This document shows, one piece after another, positions 9,680-19,179 of a stretch of DNA of 64,000 nt. A program made the translations under genes and the position numbers. Position 1 is the stretch's first letter. Each line of letters opens with the position of its first letter. Location of the stretch: contig MHXZ01000112.1 of assembly GCA_001825665.1 (NCBI GenBank), positions 18,994 through 82,993 on the forward strand, in the 5' to 3' direction. This stretch comes from Planctomycetes bacterium GWF2_41_51. Its GTDB lineage: Bacteria > Planctomycetota > Phycisphaerae > Sedimentisphaerales > UBA12454. The notes beneath the pieces were generated by a model, which was given only the letters and a program-made list of their open reading frames with translations, had not been told where the DNA came from and did not search any database.

Positions 9680-10472
9680 GCCGCTTCTTTCTAAACTGCA
9701 TTTTTAAAAAAATCTATCATGACGAGAATATTTTCAATCGGAGTATCAGGCTACCGCATGAGCAGCAAATGTTATATAACCTCCGTTTTTTTCCTAATAT
9801 ATTACAAGACGTTTGGCTTCGTTATGGACCTGTCAGTTTACATTCCAGGTTCGTTCAAACATAGAAGCGGTGTCTATCCTATCCATCTATGTTGTTTTTT
9901 ACAATGGTTATCTATATGCTTATTTTAGGACTTTCATAATCCCGCAATTTCACATTAGGCCATTTGTATTTTTAATATCTTATTGGTTGAGCGTTACTTA
10001 ATGGATGATATGCAAATTCATTTCTCATAAAAGCCAAACTCGTCTTTTACCAAAGCAGCAGAGGCGTCCTATCGGCAATTCATGCTCATGCGAATCCATA
10101 ATTACCTAAAATAGTCTTTAGTGCTGATAAAAAACATAGGAATGACAAACCATTTTTCAGCTACGCAGGTTTTGATGAGTGCGCGGGTGTACCAGCGATT
10201 CAACTTGCAGGTATCGACCTTGAAATTTTTAATATCACGGATTTGACTTAACGATAAGATTTAGCGGAATACTGGATGATGAAATTACCTGAGTCTGACA
10301 GAAGTATACGTGATTTTACTGAAAATTCGGCAGTAGACGCTGAGGATTAAAAATGGATCGGGTGTATTCGGCTATCGCAATGAAAAAACAAATTGTTCAT
10401 AAGATATGAAAAGGGAAATCAAAGAATTAGCCTTGCCTGAGTGCCGCTACGCATATATAATAGGTAATTACG

Positions 10473-10961
10473 ATGGAAAATACAATGGCTGAACTGAAAA
10501 ATATTGCAGAAATTCTACAGGTGGGAATCAGCAGAGAAACAGAGGCTAATGTTTTTTATAATCTTCTGTCCCAATATGTGCAGGATCCGCAGATAAGCCA
10601 ATTATGCAAGGAACTGGCATCAGAGGAGCTTGAACACAGAGCCAGGCTCGAGCTTGAAATAACAAAGCTCGGTCAGATATCAAGAGCATCCGATGCAAAG
10701 GGAAATCCCAGTTTGACTCCGCTTGATTACATGGTCAATATGTCGGATATAATGCAAATGGATTACGAGGATTTGCTTATTCTGGCGATGAAAAAAGAAA
10801 AAGAAGCGTTCATATTCTATGTCGAATTGCTGAGCTTAGTAAGCAACGCAGCGCTTCGAGATGTAGTAATTGAGCTGGCGGAAGAAGAAGCTAGACACAA
10901 AATACGTTTTGAAATTCAATATGATATGTATATTTCCAGCAAGAAAAATCCACCTGAATAG
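10473..10961 (+). CDS. Rubrerythrin/ferritin-like diiron domain protein
   Basis: Two helix pairs with E...ExxH motifs (SEELEHRARLE and EEEARHKIRFE), typical of ferritin-like four-helix bundles. Confidence 0.7.
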   Translation: MENTMAELKNIAEILQVGISRETEANVFYNLLSQYVQDPQISQLCKELASEELEHRARLELEITKLGQISRASDAKGNPSLTPLDYMVNMSDIMQMDYEDLLILAMKKEKEAFIFYVELLSLVSNAALRDVVIELAEEEARHKIRFEIQYDMYISSKKNPPE

Positions 10962-10968
10962 AGTTTGG

Positions 10969-12189
10969 TCATGAGATAGTTTTTTCAAGAATCTCATCTT
11001 TTACCTTATCGGGAACAGGCAAATCGTGAGGTCCTTTTTGCGGCAGTGTAATAGTGAAGGTGGTTCCTTTATTCAGTTCGCTTTCAACAGAAATTGTTCC
11101 TTCGTGCCTGCTGATAATTTGAGCAACAATGGGCAGGCCCAAACCGGTACCTGCGATTTCTTTGCCCGGTCTTTTTACGCGATAGAATCTTTCGAAAATT
11201 TTAGATATATCATCTTTGGGAATTCCCATACCTGAATCAGAAACAGCAATTGAAATTATGTCGTTTTGCTGGAAGGCACTAAGAGATACTTTGCCGCCTG
11301 CAGGAGTAAATTTAACTGCATTGCTTAAAAGATTGGTCAGTACCTGGATAATTCTGTTATGATCGAATAAAGCGGCTCCAATTTGCGGATCGATATTAAG
11401 GGACATTTCCACTTTTGCTTTATTGGCCATCAGGGTCATTGTCTCTGCCGCTTCTTTTATGGTTACAGCCATATCGGAATATGCGAAATCGAATCTCATT
11501 CTGCCTGAATCGAGTTTTTGAAAATCGAGCACATCATTAATGAGCGTACTGAGCCGATCGACGTTTCTCTTTGCGAGCAGCAGAAATTCCCGCTGTTTTT
11601 TCCTTAGCCTGCCTGCAACTCCTTCGAGAACAATATTTAAACCTTCTCTAATGGCGGTCAAAGGCGTCCTCAGTTCGTGGGAAACGGTAGAAATAAACTG
11701 CTGCTTAAGTTCCATAGATTCGGCAAGTTTTTCCTCAGCGAGTTTTCTATCAGTAATATCATTGAGACAAACGACAACATGATTTCGTTCGTCTACAATG
11801 ACAGGTTTGATAGTTAAAGAAAACCATAATTTTGCGCCTTTTTCGCGGAAAAAGGTTTCGCTTTCAAATTCATATTCTTCAATCGCCTGCGAGGTGTTAA
11901 AAACTTTGGCAATATTTGTCTTCAAGGGACATATATTGCAGCAATCGCCTTCGCCGCAGCGTTTACCAATCGCGATTTTACAGCTCAGTGCATCGCCAAT
12001 CGAATTACTGATTATGTACTTAAAATCTTTTCCTATCATCCTTCGAATCGCATTGTTGACTCTATCAACAACCAGATTTTCATCCACAAGCATAAGGCCG
12101 ACGGGAATAGCATCAAAAATTGCTTCGAGACTCTTACTTTTGCGTTCGATGATGAGGTTTAATTTTTCATTGATCATTAAGTCAGACAA
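10969..12189 (-). CDS. Cytoplasmic PAS-domain sensor histidine kinase
   Basis: HisKA H-box SHELRTPLTAI. The HATPase_c N, G1 and G2 boxes are present (LLSNAVKFT, DSGMGI, GTGLGL). There is no TM segment. The PAS region carries a Cys-rich insert CKIAIGKRCGEGDCCNICPLKTN. Confidence 0.85.
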   Translation of the reverse strand: MSDLMINEKLNLIIERKSKSLEAIFDAIPVGLMLVDENLVVDRVNNAIRRMIGKDFKYIISNSIGDALSCKIAIGKRCGEGDCCNICPLKTNIAKVFNTSQAIEEYEFESETFFREKGAKLWFSLTIKPVIVDERNHVVVCLNDITDRKLAEEKLAESMELKQQFISTVSHELRTPLTAIREGLNIVLEGVAGRLRKKQREFLLLAKRNVDRLSTLINDVLDFQKLDSGRMRFDFAYSDMAVTIKEAAETMTLMANKAKVEMSLNIDPQIGAALFDHNRIIQVLTNLLSNAVKFTPAGGKVSLSAFQQNDIISIAVSDSGMGIPKDDISKIFERFYRVKRPGKEIAGTGLGLPIVAQIISRHEGTISVESELNKGTTFTITLPQKGPHDLPVPDKVKDEILEKTIS

Positions 12190-12211
12190 GCGGCACCATT
12201 AAATTTACGGG

Positions 12212-12610
12212 TCATTTATTATCAATGACGTTCGTAATTTTCTCAAGCAGTTGAGGATACTCGAAAGGTTTGGTAACATACTCTGTAACGCCGAGCGAAC
12301 CTGCCAATGAAATATTAGTCGATTCGCAAACCGCTGTTAACATTATCACAGGTATATTCCTGAACCTGCTGTCCTGTCTCATCCGTTCAAGCATCTGAAA
12401 ACCTGACATCACAGGCATATTACCGTCGAGCAGAATCAAATCGGGTGTTATAGTTTCAAGTTTCTCGAGTGCCGCGCTGCCGTTGGAAGCTGTCTCTACT
12501 TTGAATTTGTTCCATTCAAGTCTGGCTTTGATTGTACTGACAAGATCTGGTTCGTCATCCACAACAAGAATTGTAGCAGTTTTTTTCTTCGTTTTAAACA
12601 AACCGAGCAT
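12212..12610 (-). CDS. Single-domain (CheY-like) response regulator
   Basis: Receiver motifs ILVVDDEPD...LILLDGNMP...MLTA...KP. I moved the start from 12700 to the internal ATG at 12610 (MLGLFKTKKK...), because the upstream extension is hydrophobic junk. The gene lies 22 nt upstream of the kinase gene. Confidence 0.85.
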   Translation of the reverse strand: MLGLFKTKKKTATILVVDDEPDLVSTIKARLEWNKFKVETASNGSAALEKLETITPDLILLDGNMPVMSGFQMLERMRQDSRFRNIPVIMLTAVCESTNISLAGSLGVTEYVTKPFEYPQLLEKITNVIDNK

Positions 12611-12839
12611 AGCATTTTCCTTATAAATATATCCTTTGTTAATTTCGACCATTCTGAGGTCGGCTTTAAGTAAAAAATAAGTTATTCCATAGAAGAGCAT
12701 TCTTTTCGAGCGCTTTTAATGGGATTCACTTTTATCGGGCGTTGCCAAAGAACAAAATGACATTTAGGTTAAGCAACAGGACAGTTTTGACGATTTTTGA
12801 AATGCGCAGAAAATATATTTAGCGGACGCGGGAAAAAAT

Positions 12840-14546
12840 ATGCAGGAATTGCAGACAGAAAATCCGTTATATGAAGTGATAATCAGTCTGGGCATCGCCG
12901 ACAGACAAAGGCTCGACCAGATGATTGACCAATGCGCTCAAAACGGCAAAAATATACTTACATTTCTTAAAGAAAACAATCTCGCAACTGAGGAACAGCT
13001 AAGCAGGCTTGTTGCTCAAAGCCAGCATATCGAATTTATAAATCTATCACCCGACATGATCGAAGCAATCGCTGCGCATATGATTCCATACGAAATTTCA
13101 AATGAACACAACCTAATAGGTGTTCGTTTGGATGGCAATAAATTATTTGTGGCGATGTGTTCTCCAATGAACCTCGCTATTCGCGACCAGATAGAAATGC
13201 GAACCGGATGCAAAGTTATCCCACAGGCAGCGGCTCCAAATGCTATAAAAAGCGCTATACGTTATCACTTCAATATTCAGAATGTAACCAAGCAGACAAT
13301 AGTCTCAATGAGGCTCAAAAAAAATGCAGAGCAGGAAAAAGAGCAGCGCCCATTGGCAATTCTGGATAAACTCCAGGAAAGCGAAGACCCGGTCAGCGGA
13401 CTTGTGGCTTCAATCATAAGCGGAGCTATAGATGCACACGCAAGCGATATTCACATCGAGCCTCAGGAAAAAGATACGATTATCAGGTACAGGGTTGACG
13501 GAATCCTGCGAAAAGAGTTAGATATTCCTTCTACCGCACAGGGTGAAATGGCAAGTCATATAAAAATTCTTGCCAAAATGGATATCGCCGAAAAAAGGAT
13601 TCCCCAGGACGGCCATATTAAAACCGTTCATCAAAATAAAGAATACGACCTTAGAGTTTCATCGCTGCCATCAATCATCGGAGAGAAAATCGTTATACGT
13701 ATTCTCAATAAAAGCGGCAACAGATGGAACCTTGATAATATCGCACCGGACTCGTTCGATAATCAGCAGATAAGAAAACTTGTTGAAAATCCATACGGAA
13801 TGATTCTTCTTACCGGCCCCACCGGAAGCGGCAAAACCACAACGCTATATTCCTTATTGCAGCTTCTTAATACAGGCAAAAATAATATCGTTACAGTTGA
13901 AGACCCGGTTGAATACAGACTTGAAGGAATTACTCAGGTACCGACAAATCCGCGAGCGGGATTGACCTTCGCGACGGCACTGAGAAGTATTTTGCGACAG
14001 GACCCGGATGTGATTCTAATAGGCGAAATAAGAGATTATGAAACAGCTGAAATAGCCGTCAGCGCCGCAATGACCGGGCATCTCGTGCTTTCGACTCTGC
14101 ATACCAATGATGCCGCAGGAGCCGTATCAAGACTTATAAATCTGGGGGTTCCTCCTTTTATGCTGGCATCTTCTCTTCTCGGTACTATCGCACAAAGACT
14201 TTACAGGGCATCATGCGTAACGTGCAAACAACCGTATACGCCTGAACCCAATATCAAAAAGACGCTGTTTGCAGATGAACCTGAAAATATGGTTCTTTAC
14301 CGCGGCATCGGCTGTGACAATTGCGGCAAAAGCGGATACGCAGGAAGAAAAGCTATTTATGAAATTTTGCCGATTTCGACAACGATTCGAAATATGATGA
14401 TTGAAGGCAAAAACGATACCCTGATAAAATATCAGGCAATAAAAGAGGGTATGAGAACTCTGCGAATGAGCGGAATCAAACAAGTTATGGCCGGTTCGAC
14501 CACTGTCGATGAATTATATCGCGTCGTTGATATGCAGGAGGATTAA
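12840..14546 (+). CDS. gspE: GspE/PilB-family secretion ATPase
   Basis: T2SSE_N-type N-domain. Walker A is GPTGSGKTT, with Asp/His boxes. A tetracysteine motif is present (CVTCKQPY...CDNCGKSGY). The stop overlaps the next start (TAATG at 14544-14548). Confidence 0.9.
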   Translation: MQELQTENPLYEVIISLGIADRQRLDQMIDQCAQNGKNILTFLKENNLATEEQLSRLVAQSQHIEFINLSPDMIEAIAAHMIPYEISNEHNLIGVRLDGNKLFVAMCSPMNLAIRDQIEMRTGCKVIPQAAAPNAIKSAIRYHFNIQNVTKQTIVSMRLKKNAEQEKEQRPLAILDKLQESEDPVSGLVASIISGAIDAHASDIHIEPQEKDTIIRYRVDGILRKELDIPSTAQGEMASHIKILAKMDIAEKRIPQDGHIKTVHQNKEYDLRVSSLPSIIGEKIVIRILNKSGNRWNLDNIAPDSFDNQQIRKLVENPYGMILLTGPTGSGKTTTLYSLLQLLNTGKNNIVTVEDPVEYRLEGITQVPTNPRAGLTFATALRSILRQDPDVILIGEIRDYETAEIAVSAAMTGHLVLSTLHTNDAAGAVSRLINLGVPPFMLASSLLGTIAQRLYRASCVTCKQPYTPEPNIKKTLFADEPENMVLYRGIGCDNCGKSGYAGRKAIYEILPISTTIRNMMIEGKNDTLIKYQAIKEGMRTLRMSGIKQVMAGSTTVDELYRVVDMQED

Positions 14547-15742
14547 TGGCGACATACGAATATACAGCACGTGATGGAGCCGGCCATATTTTCAACGGTA
14601 TTTATGAAGATATAAACAGTGTAAGCGCGCTGAAAAGTGAATTTACGAAAATCGGCTATAAACTCTTAAAAGTAAAAAGACGAACAAAATTCAATCCGAA
14701 ATCTTTCAATGTCAAACGTTCAGAAGTCATACCATTTACTTATCAACTGGCAGGAATGTGCGGCGCAGGTCTGTCAATCGTACAAAGTCTCGATACACTC
14801 GAAAAACAAACAGAAAACAAATCTCTGCAATATATTATCGCGGATGTAAAAAAGAACATATCAGTAGGTTCATCGCTTACGGACGCATTTAGAAAATACC
14901 GAGACATATTTTCAGATTTTTTTCTTGGTATGGTTGAGGCGGGCGAATCAAGCGGTAAACTTCCTGAAAGCCTCGAAATCAGCGCTCGTTATATGGAGAA
15001 ACAAAACGATCTAAGAGTCCGAATAAAAAATGCGTTTACATATCCGCTGATAGTTATGTTTATGTGCATTGTTATCGTGGCCGCTCTGATAATTTTTATT
15101 GTGCCTGTATTTTCAAAAATTTACGGTCAACTCGGGGTATCACTGCCGGGGCCGACACAAATGCTTATCGTTATAAGTGTTATTTTCAGAAATTACTGGA
15201 TTTATTTAATAATATTCTTTTGCCTGTTTTTATATTCTTTTCAATACCTGCGTAAAAATAAATATATCAAAACGAAATGGGACTACTTTAAATTTTCAAT
15301 GCCGATTTTAGGCAAATTAAACAAAATCGCAGCGGCAACTAATTTCATCCGAAGCTTTTCAATGCTCATAACAACAGGCGTGCCGATAATTAAAGCGCTG
15401 CAGGTGTCTGGTCTTGTATCCAATAATGAAAAGATGTCTTGCATCTGCCAGGATCTTCAAAAATCCGTTCAATCAGGCAAGAACCTGTCAGAATCACTTC
15501 AAAATCATAATATTTTCCCTCCTTTGATAGTTCAACTTGCAGGCGCGGGCGAACAATCCGGACAAATAACACAGATGCTTAATAAAGGCGTTGAATTTCT
15601 TGAAAAAGATATCGATAGAATCATCACTTCCCTGCTGGTGAAACTCGAACCGGCACTTACATTGGGAATGGGAATCATTATAGGACTAATACTAATGGCG
15701 GTGTATCTGCCAATGTTCGATTATATGTCACATTTGAAATAA
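14546..15742 (+). CDS. gspF: GspF/PilC-family inner-membrane platform protein
   Basis: Duplicated T2SF domain architecture with three TM segments. Translationally coupled to the ATPase gene. Confidence 0.85.
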   Translation: MATYEYTARDGAGHIFNGIYEDINSVSALKSEFTKIGYKLLKVKRRTKFNPKSFNVKRSEVIPFTYQLAGMCGAGLSIVQSLDTLEKQTENKSLQYIIADVKKNISVGSSLTDAFRKYRDIFSDFFLGMVEAGESSGKLPESLEISARYMEKQNDLRVRIKNAFTYPLIVMFMCIVIVAALIIFIVPVFSKIYGQLGVSLPGPTQMLIVISVIFRNYWIYLIIFFCLFLYSFQYLRKNKYIKTKWDYFKFSMPILGKLNKIAAATNFIRSFSMLITTGVPIIKALQVSGLVSNNEKMSCICQDLQKSVQSGKNLSESLQNHNIFPPLIVQLAGAGEQSGQITQMLNKGVEFLEKDIDRIITSLLVKLEPALTLGMGIIIGLILMAVYLPMFDYMSHLK

Positions 15743-15846
15743 AATACCTAAAATTGAAAATTTAAGATAAGTAGGTTGTTTTTTCAGCCGATTATGTATT
15801 TAGTAAAAATTTTATGTATAAATCGCTTTTCGAAAGGAGATTTAAG

Positions 15847-16164
15847 ATGAAACGTAAAGGCTTTACATTGATAGAGCTGCTTATCGTGATTTTGATATTG
15901 GGAGCATTGGCTGCTATAGCAATACCAAGAATCACGACAAGTGCCGGTACAGCAAAAGAGAACGCATGTGCTACTAACATAGACCTGCTGAATTCTCAAA
16001 TCGAGCTGTACGCCGCCGATAAAGACGGTGTTTATCCGGCATCACTGGGAACACTTACGGGAAATAAAGACTATTTTCCGGAGGGCGAACCAGAATGTCC
16101 ATTAAAGGGAAAATATTCAATGGACGAATCGACTCACAGAGTAAGCTGTAGTCATACAAAGTAA
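15847..16164 (+). CDS. gspG: Major pseudopilin/pilin (prepilin-type N-terminal methylation domain)
   Basis: MKRKG|FTLIELLIVILILGALAAIAIP with Glu at +5. GGAG lies 7 nt upstream of the ATG at 15847; the track start at 15814 is probably too far upstream. The mature protein is about 100 aa with paired Cys residues. Confidence 0.8.
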   Translation: MKRKGFTLIELLIVILILGALAAIAIPRITTSAGTAKENACATNIDLLNSQIELYAADKDGVYPASLGTLTGNKDYFPEGEPECPLKGKYSMDESTHRVSCSHTK

Positions 16165-16188
16165 AAACGGATTCCGTAGAGGATAAGT

Positions 16189-16224
16189 AAAGGGATGGCT
16201 GTAAAGTCATCCCTTTATTTTTGG
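16189..16224 (+). terminator. Rho-independent terminator/attenuator after the major pseudopilin gene
   Basis: AAAGGGATG-gctgtaaagt-CATCCCTTT followed by ATTTTTGGTTT, 25 nt after the stop. Confidence 0.75.
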
Positions 16225-16232
16225 TTTGAAAA

Positions 16233-16688
16233 ATGAAAAAGAACGCAAAAGCCTTTACTCTTGCTGAAATGCTTATAGTCGTATTGATAATAAGCGCGTT
16301 TACTTTCATTGCCGTTCCAAGAATGGGAATGGCGACAATTTTCAGGGGCAAATCAGAAATAGCGGCAAATCAAATCGCTTCCGCAATCAGGCTTTGCAGA
16401 ACGCTTGCTATAGATAATGCAGCAGTAAATAAGCAGGGTTACAGTTTAAATATGACAGGAAGCGGCCAATACAGTGGTTTCCAAATCGTCAATCTGCAAA
16501 CAAACCAGATAGTGAAATCGGAAACAATTCCAACCAGTGTCAGTTGTAAAGGAACTGGTAACTTCAGATTCAATCCTCTGGGCAGCAGAACAGACGGCAA
16601 CGGTATACTAATGGTCACAGGCGGCGGAAAAAATTATAAATTATCCGTTATTTCATCAACGGGAATGGTCAGATGCGAAAAAAATTAA
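16233..16688 (+). CDS. Minor pseudopilin (GspH-position)
   Basis: MKKNAKA|FTLAEMLIVVLIISAFTFIAVP prepilin-type leader, in the gene-order position of GspH. Confidence 0.7.
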   Translation: MKKNAKAFTLAEMLIVVLIISAFTFIAVPRMGMATIFRGKSEIAANQIASAIRLCRTLAIDNAAVNKQGYSLNMTGSGQYSGFQIVNLQTNQIVKSETIPTSVSCKGTGNFRFNPLGSRTDGNGILMVTGGGKNYKLSVISSTGMVRCEKN

Positions 16689-17065
16689 GAAGACGACAAG
16701 GTTTTACATTGCCGGAAGTTCTGACAGCAAGTGCCCTGCTTGTAATTGCATTCGTGCCGATATTAAAAGCACTTACGCAGATTAATTTGAGTACGGTTAT
16801 AATTGAAAGAAGAACAAAAAGCCTGAACCTGGCTAAAATGAAAATAAATCATCTGCACGCAAAATCAATTAAAAATTTTGATGATGATTTTTCCGAAAGT
16901 AATTTAGTTCTCGATAGTTTTTATTTGTGTAACATTTCAAATCAATCAGTAAACGGCAACCTGAAATCAATCGTGGTTTCAGTAGGTATGGATCGCAACG
17001 GCAACAGAACTCTCGACAGCAGTGAAGTAGAGATTTCACTTCAAACCCAATTAGCACGCAGATAA
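16673..17065 (+). CDS. Minor pseudopilin (GspI-position)
   Basis: RRRQG|FTLPEVLTASALLVIAFVP prepilin-type leader. It overlaps the upstream gene by 16 nt. Confidence 0.7.
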   Translation: MRKKLRRRQGFTLPEVLTASALLVIAFVPILKALTQINLSTVIIERRTKSLNLAKMKINHLHAKSIKNFDDDFSESNLVLDSFYLCNISNQSVNGNLKSIVVSVGMDRNGNRTLDSSEVEISLQTQLARR

Positions 17066-17239
17066 TTATAGGACGCATTTTCAGCAACATCAAAAAAATA
17101 CCTTTTTTGGTGTTAGTGTCCGATAAAACGTCATTTATTTTGCCCCAATAAAGGTTTTTGGCGATATTTGTATTCTTTTGGCAATTATACATTTGAAGTT
17201 AGCAAGCAGTGTTTATAAGCCGATATTTCAAAAGAAGTA

Positions 17240-19174
17240 ATGAGACAAAGTATGTATATGCGCAAAGAAAAATTAAAAAAGGCATTTACGCTGATGGAGC
17301 TGATGGTTTCAGCTGCGCTGCTGCTTGTGATAATGGCGGCAATTGTTCCGCAGTTTCGCGCAATACGCAATAGCTGGGCAACAACCCAGGACTCTTCTGT
17401 AAAAATTCAAAACGGTCTTGTACTCGATGAACATCTAAACAGAAATCTCACAACGGCTTCACAAATAACAGCTGTCAGTTCGAGCGAAGTTGGAAATGGG
17501 TTTATAACTTTCAAGGATAATCTCGGAGCAACTCAAAAATATATGGTCGAAGACGGCTATATCGTATTCGGTCCTGTTGGACATGAAGAACAACTCGCAG
17601 GCCCTGTCAGCAAATTTCAGATAAGCTGCTATTCGCTGAATGATTTAGAAAATCCAATGACAGATGTTAGCAGGATCCGACTGGTTAAGATTGAAACAGA
17701 AATTACAAATAGCGATTCTCAGAGTTCGGCTAACAAAGTTATTTCAGAAGTTTTCATACAAACAAACAAATCAACTATATCAGACCAGAACGTTATTGAT
17801 ATAATTATCAATCCTGACCAGCCTGACACCGCTTATGATTACACAGAAGGCGACCATGGCTGCGATGCAGTTATCGAAATTGAAAAGAACAGTACTCAAG
17901 GTCTCTTGTGCTTTAAAGGCATTGTTGGCAACGCAAGCTGGCAAATACCGCAGAATACCGAAATTACCGAAGCGAAACTGGAACTTTGGTGTGTTAATCA
18001 TAACGGCAATCATGATGTTTACATATATCGAATGAATGTCGGGTGGACTGAAACCTCAACATGGAACAACATCGGCGGAGGAATCATTCCGGGTACGAAC
18101 TGCGATTCGATGAGCGTTGTAACAGCAAATCTCGGAAACAGTGTTCCAACTTCGGTCGAGATTGATGTAACCGAAATTGTGCGGGGATGGATCAACGGCG
18201 ATTATCCAAATTTCGGATTCGGTTTCATCAACAGCAAAAATAACAGTCTTCAATTTGCCGCAGCGGAAAACAGAACAGGAACCGGTGCTCATACTCCGCG
18301 GCTTATAATTAGTTATCAGTCAACTGATAACAATCCTAAAATCGCTTTGAAAAATACATTAAATTACGGCGGCTCACACGGTATTATCGACAGTTATAAT
18401 TCAAGTGCAGGTTTTTACGGCGGAAGCAATATTTCTCATAATGCAGTTGTTACATCAAACGCGATCGGAAGCGACATAATAACACTTTACAGCGGCGGCA
18501 GGATTTACGGTGATGCATACATCGGACCGGGCGGCAATCCTGCTATTGGATTTTCAACATGGGGCTCTACAATCACCGGTGAAGAAGGAACTCTTGATGA
18601 AGCCGTCGATTTGCCAACTCCAACTGCACCGACAGGTCATCCTTTTCATGGTTGGCACGAAGGAGATTTCCCGAGCAATGACTGGCTCGGCGGTGAACGA
18701 ATACTTAACAGTAATCATTATTTTAACAGTATTTCTATCTGGAGTTCTTATATCACTATCAACGGCAACATTACAGTTTTATTAAATAATGACCTGAATA
18801 TCGGCAGCGGCCGAAGTATAAGAATTCCTCCGGGTTCGAGCCTGAATCTATACGTCAAAGGCAATTGTAACATAGGCGGAGATATAAATTCATTTTTTGA
18901 TCGACTGCCTTCAAATTTAAAAATTTATATGATCGGCAATAATAAATCTTTCAGCACATGGGGCACTGGAAATGTTTATGCCCTGCTTGATAATCCAAAT
19001 GGTTCGGTCAGCCTTTGGGGCGGGCAATTTTATGGGCGAATAAAAGCAAAATATCTTTCAGGCGGATGCAAAATTCACGTTGACCTCGATTCGAATTTCG
19101 GCAGCGGAGGAGGAAGCCCAAGTAGACTGTGGACTTTCGGCGGAAATATTATTCAGGGCGAGATACTGCCATAA
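17240..19174 (+). CDS. Giant minor pseudopilin (GspJ-position) with a DNRLRE-like domain and a C-terminal beta-helix-like module
   Basis: KLKKA|FTLMELMVSAALLLVIMAAIVP prepilin-type leader; the start may be the ATG at 17258. The middle segment (EAKLELWCVNHNGNHDVYIYRMNVGWTETSTWNNIG...VEIDVTEIVRGWINGDYPNFGFGF...) resembles the DNRLRE secreted-protein domain. The C-terminus has G/N-rich repeats ending ...GRIKAKYLSGGCKIHVDLD. Confidence 0.7.
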   Translation: MRQSMYMRKEKLKKAFTLMELMVSAALLLVIMAAIVPQFRAIRNSWATTQDSSVKIQNGLVLDEHLNRNLTTASQITAVSSSEVGNGFITFKDNLGATQKYMVEDGYIVFGPVGHEEQLAGPVSKFQISCYSLNDLENPMTDVSRIRLVKIETEITNSDSQSSANKVISEVFIQTNKSTISDQNVIDIIINPDQPDTAYDYTEGDHGCDAVIEIEKNSTQGLLCFKGIVGNASWQIPQNTEITEAKLELWCVNHNGNHDVYIYRMNVGWTETSTWNNIGGGIIPGTNCDSMSVVTANLGNSVPTSVEIDVTEIVRGWINGDYPNFGFGFINSKNNSLQFAAAENRTGTGAHTPRLIISYQSTDNNPKIALKNTLNYGGSHGIIDSYNSSAGFYGGSNISHNAVVTSNAIGSDIITLYSGGRIYGDAYIGPGGNPAIGFSTWGSTITGEEGTLDEAVDLPTPTAPTGHPFHGWHEGDFPSNDWLGGERILNSNHYFNSISIWSSYITINGNITVLLNNDLNIGSGRSIRIPPGSSLNLYVKGNCNIGGDINSFFDRLPSNLKIYMIGNNKSFSTWGTGNVYALLDNPNGSVSLWGGQFYGRIKAKYLSGGCKIHVDLDSNFGSGGGSPSRLWTFGGNIIQGEILP

Positions 19175-19179
19175 AGAAT

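Noticed and set aside
9866-9885. A possible fourth copy of the CATAG...TGAACC upstream element in front of the 600-aa gene (aaacatagaagcggtgtctatcc).
   Set aside because: Only the AAACATAG octamer matches. The GCCWAWACCT and TGAACC blocks are absent at the fixed spacing.
12611-12700. An upstream extension of the response-regulator ORF (MLFYGITYFLLKADLRMVEINKGYIYKENA).
   Set aside because: It is not part of a receiver domain. The internal ATG at 12610 gives a canonical CheY-length protein.
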